Of a stretch of DNA of 64,000 bases, positions 36,801 through 49,900 are shown in pieces. This DNA comes from Paraspadella gotoi. Taxonomy: Eukaryota; Animalia; Chaetognatha. The first letter of the stretch is position 1. Each line of letters begins with the position of its first letter. The translations under genes and the position numbers were made by a program. The stretch lies in assembly GCA_051294375.1 (NCBI GenBank), contig CM119270.1, positions 1,083,238-1,147,237 on the forward strand. The letters run 5' to 3'. The notes beneath the pieces were generated by a model. The model had not been told where the DNA came from. It did not search any database and worked only from the letters and a program-made list of their open reading frames with translations.

Positions 36801-39800
36801 TTGGAATCGCTATGGAATCGAATCTGATTGATGTCGTTGTCTCGATCAATCAGAATATTTTGCCTAGCAATATGATACTCTCATCCGTTTAGTTTTATTG
36901 TAAGATAAATATTAACTTATTAAAACTTTCCGAGATCTCATTCTAATCCCAAACTCAGGCGCTTCGGCCGCCGAGAAATCGGAATGCGCCTCGCCGGAAC
37001 CTAAGGGAGATCCGGAAATGGCGCCGGTTTACATCCGGAGATTGCTGCCCATGTTTTGCGCCACCTTCATGCACACCATGCTCGTCTCCGTCAAGAAGGT
37101 GAGTTGGTTTTCATCGATCCTAAATCTACGTATAAAGCTTAACTCGTCTTCTTCTTCTTCCTCCTCCAGGCGTCGCTCCTCCTCTTGCGGAAAATGGTGC
37201 ATTACATTGACGCGGATCTGTTGCAGGAGATTTCCTCCGCCGTCCCTCAGATTTTCCTTAACTCTTCCGTCGACAAGAAGCCAATGGGTTAGTTGAATGA
37301 ATGAATGAATGAATGAATATACTGTCATGAGCAAACGCCCCGCAGCCTATACGACAAGAGAACTATCGATAAATACGTAAGAGAAACCTCTTATCCCTTT
37401 TCTCTTCTCCTTTGTCCTACCCTCCCTGCATATTTCCCCTATTTTTTTCTTTTTCTATGTCTCCCCCTTTCTCTGCTTACTAACCTCTCTCCTCCTTCCC
37501 CCCCCCCAAGATTTGGCCTCCATGTTGGGCGAAGTGATCGTGATGGTGGTTGACAACGAAGAGGACGACGACGGGCACACCCTCGCCCTTCAGATGACCC
37601 TCGATCTCGTCCGCAAGGATCAGGAGGCCTTTTTGGAGCAGTACGCTCGGCTGGGCATCACGGCAAAGGTTCTGGCTCTCGCCGGGCCTCCCACCAGGCT
37701 CTCCGTGGAAGGTTGGATAGGATAATTCGATAAATGATTTATCAATATTTTTAATTAAGGTTTTTTTTTTAAATTCCCCACAGGGGGCGTGGACGAAGAA
37801 GGAGCCGTCAATATCAAAATGGAAGACGCCGCCGAATTAGTCGTGGGGCGACCTTATCATTGGAAGGATTGGTAAGTTAGTCGTCTCCCGCCAAATATCC
37901 GACTTACCTCCTCCTCCGCCCTACTCTCCTCTTTCCGCCCAGGTGCATCCTCCGCGGGCGCGACTGCCTCTACGCTTGGTCGGACGCTGCGGCGCTGGAA
38001 CTCTCCAACGGCTCCAACGGGTGGTTCCGCTTCATCCTCGACGGGAAGTTGGCCACCATGTATTCGAGCGGGAGTCCGGAAGGTGAAGACGTTGTAGAGG
38101 AGAGGGTTTTGGAGATTTGGGAAAGGGGGGGGGGTTTGAAAAGAGATAACGAATGATCGACTGAAAAAGGCGGAAAAAAGAGATTTGCCTCGATTTCGAT
38201 TCCGTTCTCGAGGCTTTGGTTTTCCTTTTTTCGCAGGCGGTTCAGACTCGTCGGAAAATCGAGGGGAATTTCTGGAGAAGTTGCAGAGAGCGCGAAGTCA
38301 AATCAAACCCAACGTACAGAGTCAACCGTTGATGTAAGATTTTTTTTGGCGGAGGGATTATCCGTTTTATCGCATATATAGATTCATTGTGAACTCATGG
38401 TGCAAAATTATTATGAAATAGGATTTTTGTGCGAAGTCAGCCCTCGGGGGCAAGTTAGCTAATTTATTAAATTATTTATTGATTATTTATTAATTTATTA
38501 GATAATATCATATTATTACTCAAAACACATTCATATAGAATTTTTTTTTAGTCTCTTCGGAGGCGTGGGTTCGAATCCCACCGCTGCCACCACAACGAAG
38601 GAAGCAGGCGTGGTTTATTAAGGGAGAAATAGGAGGAGTTTATTGACATAAGAACAAGTTGAGATGATGATAATTAACATACAAAATATGTAGATTATGC
38701 AGAGAAATGGCAGGCAATAAACAATATAACAAATAGTCCATAAGGAGTTTGATGTTTGTTTCTTGAAGGTAAGTTGAAGAGTGATCCAGTTCCCTCTCTC
38801 GTTTCTCTGCCGTCGGTTTCCTGAGGGAAGCCTCCTCTCTGATTGGTCAATCAGAATAAAAGACGGAGAAGCCAAGAGAGACAAGCCACTTGATAAACCA
38901 TTCTCTGCGTTGTTTTTTTGAGACACTAATAAAAACAAAGACCCTAATTAAAACAAATAGACTAAGAGAAGAATTTTGTTTGTTTTACACCCGATTCTGT
39001 CTTAGGTCTAGTCCGTGTCCTCTGAAAATCGTCGTCGGTAACTGGACCCTCCAGTGCGTCAAGGAGGGGGAACTTCACATCTCCAACTCTGACGGTCAGG
39101 CGCAGGCGACGATTTTGAAGGAGGATCTCGCAGGTTTCATCTTCGAGTCAAACAGAGGTTGGTTAAATGAGAAACTCGTTGTTACTATCCAATATACTGA
39201 TTTACTGCAATATGCAAATGAGTTTTTGGGAAATCACTGTTTCTAAAGGGACGAAGCACTCCTTCACGGCGGAGACTTCGTTGGGTCCGGAATTCGCCGT
39301 CGGTTGGACGACAAAGCGGAGCAAGAAGTTCAAGTCCAAAGCCGAGCAATCAAAGCAGGTATAAAGGTTTGAAGCTTGGAGGGCAATTTTAAAGAGAATC
39401 TTCGTGAGATTCTTACTTTTTCTCTCTCTCTCTCTCTCTCTCAACAGAAGGTCAAAGCTCTCGCGCGGGAGATCTACGACAAACACCTGGTCAACTCCCA
39501 AGTGAAACCGCGCGGTCTCGTCGCTCGACTCTCCGACATCGTCAAGCGGTTGGAGGTCGTCGTCGTCAGACACAACAGCGGCATCGAGGACGCCTCTCGC
39601 GAGTGGGAGAGCGATTTGACGGAAGGTTTGGGAGACTTTTTTAAGTCGCGAAAATCATTTCACTAATAAATTAATTAATGAAATAACTTTGAAAACTTTT
39701 TTGAAGCTCTGGACGAATTGAACTCCCTCCTCGGCCACGAGTCGTCCCTCTCAGCCTACGAAGTCCAATGTTCGGGTTTAGTGCAAACGCTCCTCACTCT

Positions 39801-40783
39801 GCTCAATAATCAAGATCCGGAGCGAGAGAGTCGAGCGAGGGCCAGGCATCGGATCAACGTCTTTCGTCACGCCTTCAGGTCTTTTCTATCTCGATTATTT
39901 TTCATTATCAACCAATGTCACCTTTGTTTGTAATTGGTACATGATTTGTGAAGGCCTCCATCAACCTTACAAGATGATAATTTTGCAGAAACCTGCAAGC
40001 TTTCAATCAAGACTCTCACACAGTCTCGTTTTTTTCACTCCCAGAGTACCTGGCTTCTCTATCTTCTCTATGAAGTGGTACAATGTTTTTTAAGCACTGT
40101 GTCAATTGTATAAAAGGACCACTCCCCTGAGCATTAGATCGTTAGATTTTTTAACATTCATCTCTTCCACGGACAGGTCCAAGGATTCCTCCGGCGCCGA
40201 GTCATCTCCTTCCCTGCGTCTCGTTCGGATGCTTCTCGTCGTCTTGGAATCAATCGAGAAACTTCCTCTTTATCTTTACGATTCCGGTGAGTGGGTGGGG
40301 GGCTGGGTGGGGAGGGAGGGAACGGTGGAGAGTTGGCTCTTTTCTTTTTGCCGTTATTTTCTTTATTTTTCATTCTCCCCACTTTTACTCTCCCCACTAG
40401 TAGTTACCCTCAATATTCTTTTGTGAAACATTTATCTCCCTTTTTGTCTTCTCCTTTCCTTTTCTTCTATTATTTATATTTCTTTCTCTTTTCCCCTTAT
40501 ACCGCCTTTTCCTTTCCTTTCTCCTTTTCCTTTCCTTTCTCCTTTTCCTTTCCTTTCTCCTTTTCCTTTCCTTTCTCTTTTTCCTTTAATCCTCCTTTTT
40601 CCTTCTCTCCATCTCATCTCAGGTTCGACCGGCGGCGGCCTCCACGTCCTGACGCGTCGGCTGCGGTTTCGCCTGGAACGCGCTGCGGGAGAATCTTCGC
40701 TCATCGACAGAACGGGGAGGACGTTGAAGATGGAGCCTCTCTCTTCCGTATTGTCGTTGGAGAGATACTTGCTCAAAATGGTA

Positions 40784-40840
<57 letters not shown>

Positions 40841-40903
40841 GAGAGAGAGAGAGAGAGAGAGAATTTGAATTGAATTGTATTAAAGAAACGGGCTTTGGGC
40901 TAC

Positions 40904-40973
<70 letters not shown>

Positions 40974-43900
40974 AGAGCGTAAAAAGCGTTACAAAACCCA
41001 AATTTTCGTCCTAAATTAAAATTAGAAAACATAAAATCGTATCCTTGTTTATGACTAAAAATCCTCGAACCATCGGCCACGCCTACCTCTTCCTTCCCCT
41101 TTCCCCCACCAGGTGGCGAAGCAGTGGTACGACTACGACCGCACGACCTTCGTCTTCGTCCAGCGTCTGAAAGACGTCGGCGAAAATGATCCCATCGTCT
41201 TCGATCAAACTGGAGACTTTGACGAGAACGGACTCGTGTATTGGATCGGGACCAACGCCAAGACTGCCTACGAATGGGTCAATCCCGGACAGTACGGTCT
41301 AGTGGCCGTCTCTTCCTCGGAAGGACGCAATCTCCCGTACGGTCACTTGGAGGACGTGTTGTCGCGGGATTCGGCGGCGTTGAACTGTCACACCAACGAC
41401 GACAAAAACGCTTGGTTCGCCATCGATCTCGGGGTTTGGATCGTCCCGTCGTCCTACACGCTCAGGTCCTTCATGGTGGAAAAACATGTTGAGCAAGTTT
41501 TGAAAAATTAAAAATGATTCTAAATCTATATTCAGACACGCGCGTGGTTACGGAAGATCCGCTTTGAGAAATTGGTTGTTTCAAGTGTCCAAAGACGGAT
41601 CCAACTGGACGACGTTGTACAATCATCAGGTAAAAATTTATTATTAATAACAAAAACGATATTAACACAAATGTTAAATAGAAAAACAGCAACGTTATCA
41701 ATAAAAAAATACTTTATAAAGTTATAATCATAAGAACGATTTTATTTCCAAATAAGTTTTGCAAATTTTATATATTACATTTTGACAATGATTCCTTTAG
41801 GACGACTCTTCCATGAACGAACCCGGCTCGACCGCCTCTTGGCCGCTCGAGCCCTCCGCTGTTTTAGGCGAAGAAGGAGAGAAAGAGACGCAGGTGAAAA
41901 AAATAAGGGAGGAGAAAAAATTGTCCATTTGCTTTCCTCAACCCATGTAAAAATTTTAATTTTCTGCAATATGTAAATGAGATTTTAAAGACATTTAAAT
42001 TTTTCTCTCCAGGGTTGGCGCCACGTCCGCATCAAGCAAAACGGGAAGAACGCCTCGGGTCAGACCCACTACCTCTCCATCAGCGGGTTCGAGATCTACG
42101 GCGCCGTCACCGGCGTCTGCGACGATCAACTCGGCCGCGCCGCCCGCGAGGCCGAAGCCAATCTGCGTCGCCAGCGTCGCCTGATGCGGAGCCAGGTGCT
42201 GCGCCAGATGACGGTTGGCGCCCGAGTCTCTCGCGGCATCGACTGGAAATGGCGCGATCAAGACGGGGCGCCATCTGGGGAAGGAACCGTCACCGGCGAA
42301 CTCCACAACGGATGGATAGACGTCACGTGGGATCACGGCGGCGCCAACTCGTACCGGATGGGCGCCGAGGGGAAATACGATCTTCAGTTAGCGCCGTCCT
42401 ACGATCCGTCCAAGATTCTCACGGCGCCGGTCTCGAATGCCGGCGCCGCTGGCGCTGCTCAGGCGGCGGGAAAGGTATGACAAAGCGGCGTCTTTTTTCC
42501 CGGCGTTGTAATCCGGTTGGACCGTTCTCCTTCCGACTTTAAACGCTTTTTGTTTCCTTATTACTTTGTTTTTGTCTCGCTCTCCATCTTACTTTCCCAA
42601 CGGTCTTTCACTTTCCCTTCCTAACTTACCTTCCTTCCCCCCCGTGCCTCATTACCATACCAGAGTTCCCGGAAAGGATCCCACCTTTCCTCCCGCAAAT
42701 CCACATCAACGCCGAGTCTCTCGGACGTGACAGAGATCCCGGGCGGGAAATCCTCGGTGGCGTCCTGCACCGACGCCGCTGCCTCCGCCGATAATCTCAA
42801 CGCCAAAGTCCAGCTCACCGCCGCCTCCGTCGCCGAGAGGTACGAGAAGAGAGAGTTTGGGGTTAAACATGAACTACTTAATTTAAAGTATTAACTTTTT
42901 ATTAATATTGAATAATAAATATTTATAAAAAAAATAAATCATCGGCAAACCATTTCAAAGCGATCTCTAAAATTATAGAAGAAATCTGCTGAGAACACGG
43001 AATCAATAGTTTTGACAACTTATCCAAATTACTACAATATGCAAATGAGATTTATGAATAAAAATGTTAAATGCTTTCCCACTTAAGCGTTTTGTCCCTG
43101 GCGTCGGCTGAAGCATCGCAGACGTCGGGGCCGCCTCCGTTCTACGTGGGGACGCTGTCCGAGGAACCGCTGTCTCCGCTGCAAGAAGATTCGCCGACCG
43201 ACGATGGTTGTTAGTATCGCATGTTTTCAAGATGTTTGGGTTATGATTTAAAATGGTTAAGACTAGTTTAAGTTTAAGTTTAAGTTTAAGTTTAAGTTTA
43301 AGATTCGCCGACCGACGATGGTTGTTAGTATCGCATGTTTTCAAGATGTTTGGGTTATGATTTAAATAGTTAAGACTAAGTTTAAGTTTAAGTTTAAGTT
43401 TAAGTTTAAGTTTAGTTTAAGATTCGCCGACCGACGATGGTTGTTAGTATCGCATGTTTCAAGATGTTTGGGTTATGATTTAAATAGTTAAGACTAAGTT
43501 TAAGTTTAAGTTTAAGTTTAAGTTTAAGTTTAAGATTCGCCGACCGACGATGGTTTAGTATCGCATGTTTTCAAGATGTTTGGGTTATGATTTAAAATGG
43601 TTAAGACTAAGTTTATTTCTTTGTAGCCATTTATCGCTTTTAGGTTTTCAAAAAAAGTAGTTTACTATTTAGTTCATTCGTTTTCTTATTTATTTATTTC
43701 ATTCAATTAATTTATTTTTTTTTATTCAATTATTCTCCCAGTTTATCCCGACTCGTCGACGTCTCAAAGTGAAAAGGACAGTCGGAACGCCTTAAACGAA
43801 TCGAAAAGAGCTGCGGCAGCCGCTGCCATGATGGGTAAGTACTCTGCATAGTTCCTTACCTTTTCTTCACTCTTAATTGTTTTCTTTTCTCAGCTTCGAC

Positions 43901-46900
43901 CCCGCAACTGACGGATTCGCTGACGCCAACGACGCCGACTCCGCCGGACACGCCCCCCGTCGCGGGCCGGACCGACGCCGCTCCACCGCTGACGACGCCG
44001 TTCGCAGAAGCAGCGACGGAAACGCCGCCGCGTCAAGCCACGCCCACAAACGCTCCGGCGTCGCCGCCGTCGCCGACATCGCCCAACGCCGTTTCGTCAT
44101 CCTCGGGTGATTTGTCAACGAATATTTCTTCATTCAATGAATATATTTATTATGTAATATTATATGTGTATCTTCGTCCCGCAGCACCCGGCGAAATCCC
44201 AGCGGTGACGACCAATAATCAGACGATGTCATCGTCGACGTCCGTGCAGCTGCAGGCTCCGCCTCAGAATCCGAGGAACGTCTCGGGTAAGTTAAAAACT
44301 ATAACTTGTCTTTCATTACGCTAGTGTTATTAATACTATTATTACCTTCTTTTCCCTTTTTCTTCCCCAGTCGGCGTCCACGTCTCTCTCGGAGGCAACG
44401 CCATGAATCCCGCCAGCGTCGCCGCCAACAACGCCAACAACGCTCTCAATTCTCAGAACACCAAGTGAGTTCGAATACTGGAGTTTCTCCAAACTCGGAA
44501 TTCAATCTCATTTAAGATCATATTAATTAATCATCTCTTCCACTCCCTTCACCCGCTCGCCTTAATCTCCCTTCGACCCTTCCCCTCAGCCCCAGCCCGA
44601 TGAGCGTGAGCGTGCCCAACCTCACCTCGTCCAACATGGAAGCGACGGTTTCGTTGCTAGAGTCTTTCGCTTCCGTCGCTCGTCGATCCGCGTCCAACGC
44701 CGGATCCGGACCGAACAACATGACTCTATCCGGTAGAGAAAGAAAAAGGGGGGGGGGTTTGATTTTGATCTAGGTTGTGATCCAAATTTTGGTTTTCATT
44801 CGCGTTGGGTTTTAAAATCGATTCGATGTAATTATATCTCATCTTTAGATCTAATTATATCCGATCTTTTTTGATTTGATAAATGTTTTCTGATTGGTGC
44901 AAAAAAAAGATGGCGCGGACTTGAAGGCGAACCGGATTCCATTTATCTTACCATTCCCTGCGCCCCCAAACCTTTTTGTCCCTCGTTCTTTCTTCCCTTT
45001 ATCTTTTTCTATTTTTCTAATCTTTTTTTTCTTCCTTTTCCCCTTTCCTTTTTTCCCCTTCTCCGCGTTATTCAGGTCGCCTGAGTTCATCCTCGGCGCT
45101 GCAGTCGGCCCAGAGTCTCGTCCGCATGGCGCTCTCGGCGTCGAACAACGCCGTCGGTCCTTCTCATTGTAAGATTTCTTCTTTGAATCGATCATCGCTT
45201 CATTGTTTTCAATTCCCTGCTCCTTAAATCGCACTCTGCCGCTCCCTCCTAATTATGGCTGGTTTCGAAAAAGTCAATTATAAAAAATTAGTAATGTTTA
45301 TTTGTAGTAAACTCTCGATTCGATTGTTACCATAATCCTAGATGAAATCAAGACAAACGAGAATTTAATTAGGAAACATTAGTAGTCCTGAGCATGAAAA
45401 TTGTTCCGAGTTATCCCAAAATACTGCAATATGCAAATGAGATTGATTCATTTTTCCTTACCTTCCCAGGGAGTACCCTGCTCAGCACGGCGCAGAGCTT
45501 TCCCAACCTCACCTCGGGCGCTCCGCTGCCGCCAACCAACACCGCCACCCTCGCATCGACGAGCCTCGGCAACAACGCATGCGCGCTCAGCCAGGTCAGT
45601 TTTTAAATTAATCATTTAATAAATGTCAATCAATCAATCAATCTCTCGTGATAGGCTTTGACCACTTCTCTTCTCTCTACGTCGTCTGAGTCGGACAATG
45701 ATTTTCTCGAGTCTTGTCGCGCCACCGCGTTGTTCGCCGACGTCGAGGTAAAAATAAAAAGAAGAAAGAACCGTTTCTCTCCGGGACGAGGATTCCGTTA
45801 CTTTATCGAAAAAAAGACCCTTCTTTTCCAGGACGAGGACGAACTTCCGGAACCGGATGACGACGACGTCGATTGCGACGTCGACAACGAAGACGAAAAC
45901 GACGGTGACGATCCCGACGACGACGAGGAAACCATGGTGGGTGGGGGGTGGTGGTTGAGGAGAGGGGGATTCGATACGGCGCACGTTTCGTTGTCGTTCC
46001 TATATTTTTCCTGAAAATTCTGGGGGAAAAAAGATGTTTTTAAATTTTCAGCTTTTTTTTTTTGTTTTTATCCCTATTCCTCCCTTCTTTTTTTTTTTGG
46101 TCGGTGATGGGGATTGAACCGTTCGGTGAATGTCTTCGTTGATTCGAAAATTAATTTTAAAACATCAATGACGCGTTGGTTTGGGTTCAAAAAAATCTCT
46201 GCACGTTTAAATACCGAAAACGAAACTGGGAAATCTTTTCTGGTTTGATTTTTTAAAATTTGATGGAAAAGGTCGTAAGACTTGGTCGTCTTCTCTTGCA
46301 GAAGCGACTCCGTCACTCGTCGTCTTCCTCGGTTGGCAAGGTAGCACGCGATTGTATCCGGTGGCGACAAAAACGGAGATTTGCGTTTGCGGGGGGAAAA
46401 ACACATAATATAACCGATTTGGGGGAAGCTTATGTGGCCATCTTGCCTCGATTCCAGTCTTTTAACTAAACGTTCCGGGTTTTGGGTTATTTATTTAATG
46501 TATACATGTAATTATCGTTCATTAATCATTAACATTAGTCATGAATTACTTCATAAACCTTAAACCCGGGAACAAATAGAATCGGGCTCAGAGCTTTTTG
46601 TAGTGTCCCTTCTTTTAGTTTGGCGGTTTGCTTGACCCTTTGGACTTTAGTTTTAAGAAAAGATGTCGCCTCTTCTTTTTATCCTGTTTAATGTTCATGG
46701 TGATAATTTCCGGATCTTCTCGAAGTGCGAAAGATTTACTAACTTTCCTTTTTTTTCGTTGATTTTCTGAATTCATCCTTTCCTCATATCTTTTCTTTAC
46801 TACTTTCAATGCCAATGGCTCATATTTTTGCAACGCCTCGAGCCTTCTACACTTTTTATATTTTAAAAAAAAAAACCTCTTTTTGGTCTCAAATAGATTC

Positions 46901-49900
46901 TTGCCAAGTCGCTTCAAGTTTAACCTTTTCTTTCATTTCCTTATGTTCTCTCCCCCACCCACCTTCTTCTTCCCCCACCCCCTTCTCCTTCCACCAACCC
47001 ACTTTAAAAAGGAGGAAGAGGAGTACGAGACTCGATGCACGGGTCGTCGTCGTCAGTGGGACGACGAATTCGTCCTCAAACGAAACTTTTCGTCGCTGAT
47101 CCCCGCATTCGATCCGCGACCGGGAAGGACCAACGTCAATCAGACGCAGGTGAGTCAAGATTTTGTTTTTGGGGGGGGGTGAGGTAAAGGTCGGAAAAAG
47201 AACTCGTGTGGTAATTTTGATCTTTTATTCTTAGGACGTGGAAATCCCTGCCGTGGCCGCCGCACCCGCCTCGCCGAGAACCTCCGCTCCAGGTTAGTTT
47301 GCCCCTGGAGTTCCTTCGGCTTCGCTTTTATTTTTCTCTTTTCTCGCTCCAAAACTCATCGCTCCTTTTCTTATTTCAGGTTCTTGCAGTGGGGAAGTCG
47401 TAGCGCAGTCCGGCAACATCGAAACCATTCCACAACCCAAACTGATGCTGTATCTCAGAGGTAGGTTTTGTTTGCTGAGAAATTTTATGTTTATTGAGGT
47501 TTGCTTGACTTTCAACTAACATGTTAGTTATGTAAATTAAGTTTCTTGCATTTTTTAATTTTTTTTTCTGAAAAAAACGATTAATTGCGGTTTTTAAAAA
47601 AATATTATGTCAACTATAAAAGCGAACAAAAAAAGAAAAAAATTAGAAAAAAGAAGAGATTAAAGGATGCAAGTGTGGCGGTATATTCACACCGCCTCAC
47701 GTCCACCATCCTTCAGCCAAATCCATTGGCTCAGAGGGGGAACACACCATCCCAGGCGTAGTGTTCCATCCACAGTCCTAATGACTTCCCTCTGCCTTGG
47801 CAAAGCGTGACCGTCCTTGGGTAACCGCGCCAGTGACTGGTGGCGTCACTGAGGGTCGGAAGCCCCCAAAGCCAACAGTGAGATGCCTCATCCCAATGGG
47901 CATCACAGGCAACCCGGCTTTTGCCATACATTCGAGTTTGGCGAAATCTTTAAGGTTTGAGATCCCAAGCCCCAAAGGTGGTAACAACCAAAGGGATGAA
48001 ACCAATATCGGCCGGAAGTTTGGCCTGTCGGGCTCGTTCCAGAGCATTTGTGGGATTAAAGATGGTGTTACCAAGACAGTCCTGACGAAGGGGGGAGGTG
48101 ACAGTTACGTCAAAAGCTGTAATGGTTTTGTTCCAGCATTTTGCGTTTGCGACGATCTCGTAACGCTTTTGCGCATAAGTGGCGTAGGCGTCGTCGGCGT
48201 TCCAACTTATCGATCGCCTTTTTTATCATTACATTTGGGTGTATGAAGCTGAAAATTTATATACAGCTTCTCATCATCGAGGTCCTTGAAATTGGGTGAG
48301 GACAGTTATTAAATATGTTTTGTTTACGTTTTATCAAAACAAACAAATAAGTCTCCTTCTCTCCTCTTTCTCTTTTATTTACATATATAAGTAGCTCTCT
48401 CTTTTCCCCAGGCTGATTCATCGGGAAAAAAACGAGTCTGCATCTGGCTCTGCAGGGGCTTTTTTTTCTCTTTTCTCCTCCTGCTTCTACTGCTGCCTGT
48501 TTATTTCTTTCTTTTTATCTGACTGCCTCTGCTGCTGCCGCTGCTGATTCGTTCGAAAACGATTTGTCCTCTCTCTCTCGCATTCGTGCATGTTATCATT
48601 TTGCTATCGCAACATCGGGTTTTAATTTCGTTCTTTCTTCTCGTCACTCTCTTTATTTTTATTTTTCTTTCTTTCCTTCTATTTCTTTCCTTCTATTCTT
48701 TCTTCTATTTCCTTTCTATTCTTCTTTTCTTTCTATTCTTCTTTCCTTTCTATTCTTTCTTTCCTTTTCATTCTTTCTTTCTTCTATTCTTTCCTTTCTA
48801 TTATTTTTTTTCTTTCTATTCTTTTTTCCCTTTCTATTTTTCCCCTTTTTATTTTTTTTCTTTCTATCTTTCTTTCTTCTTTCTTTTCATTCTCTTCCTT
48901 TCTATTCTTTCTTTCCTTTCTATTCTTTCTTTCTTTTCTATTATTTCTTTCCTTTCTATTCTTTCTTCTATTTATTCTTTTCTTCTTTTTTTTTCTGTTT
49001 ATAAATTAAATTTCTTTTCTCAAATTTGATTCTTTTTATCAAATAAAAACTGTTCAGCAAGGGATTCCAATTTATGATTAGAAACCTAAACTTTTGTATT
49101 TATAGATAATGGTGTTTAGGGTCGAGTTCTATGAATATTTAATAATAATTATTATTTAAATAAGTTCCCGCAGTCTTTGTAGGTATTAGCTGTTCTTCAT
49201 TAGGGATTAAATGTTGGGTTTACGTCGATTTTTCCAGGCGGGGTACAAATTGTATGCGAGATTTAGAAACGATATAAATATCCTCCAATTACTGCAATAT
49301 GCAAATAGGATTGAAGCCCTTAGTTTCTTTTCAGATGACAAAATTTAGTATTTTAAATTTTTAATTATAAATCAGTGAATGAATAAATCAATCCCATAAC
49401 TTCCCCAAAACATCCTCCCAAAGGTCCATGTTTGGCGGGAATGTCTGAGGAAGAGATTCCGCTGGACGATTCTGAGGCGACCATCTTCAAGTTCGTCCAG
49501 AGTCTCGTCCAGACGCCGTCGATGAGTCAGCGGAACGAGAGGCTCAAGAGGATTTGGGAACCGACTTACACGTGAGGCTCTTGCGTCATGTCCTCCGATA
49601 TTTAGTAGAGACGATTTAGTATCAACTTAATTTTAAATTTAATTAATTTTTTTTTCATACAGAATCGTCTACCGCGAAAGTCCCGATTCTTCGACCGCCG
49701 TTCAAACGAGCGCGGAACGCGAAGAGAGCAAGGTAAGTTGGTTATAAACGAGGAACTGAGACTTACCTTCGGGTTACAATGACCCCAGTTTCTGTAAAAT
49801 TCGGGCCTCGAAATCGTCAAATACTTTTTTTTCACAATCTTCTTTTTCTACTTTCTCTCTCTCTCTTTTTTCCAAATTTTCCTTCTTTTCACTTTTTCCA

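Noticed and set aside
38550-38592. Functional tRNA-Leu gene
   Set aside because: The 5' half (A box, D arm, anticodon) is absent.
43186-43615. CRISPR-like repeat array
   Set aside because: The whole units are near-identical with no unique spacers, there are no cas genes and the context is a eukaryotic intron.
48082-48115. Hammerhead ribozyme (CTGACGA)
   Set aside because: No stem II followed by GAAA and no closing stems were found. The same holds for CTGAAGA at 5106.
48564-49029. Phe/Leu/Ser-rich 'membrane protein' ORFs
   Set aside because: They are translations of a polypyrimidine satellite.
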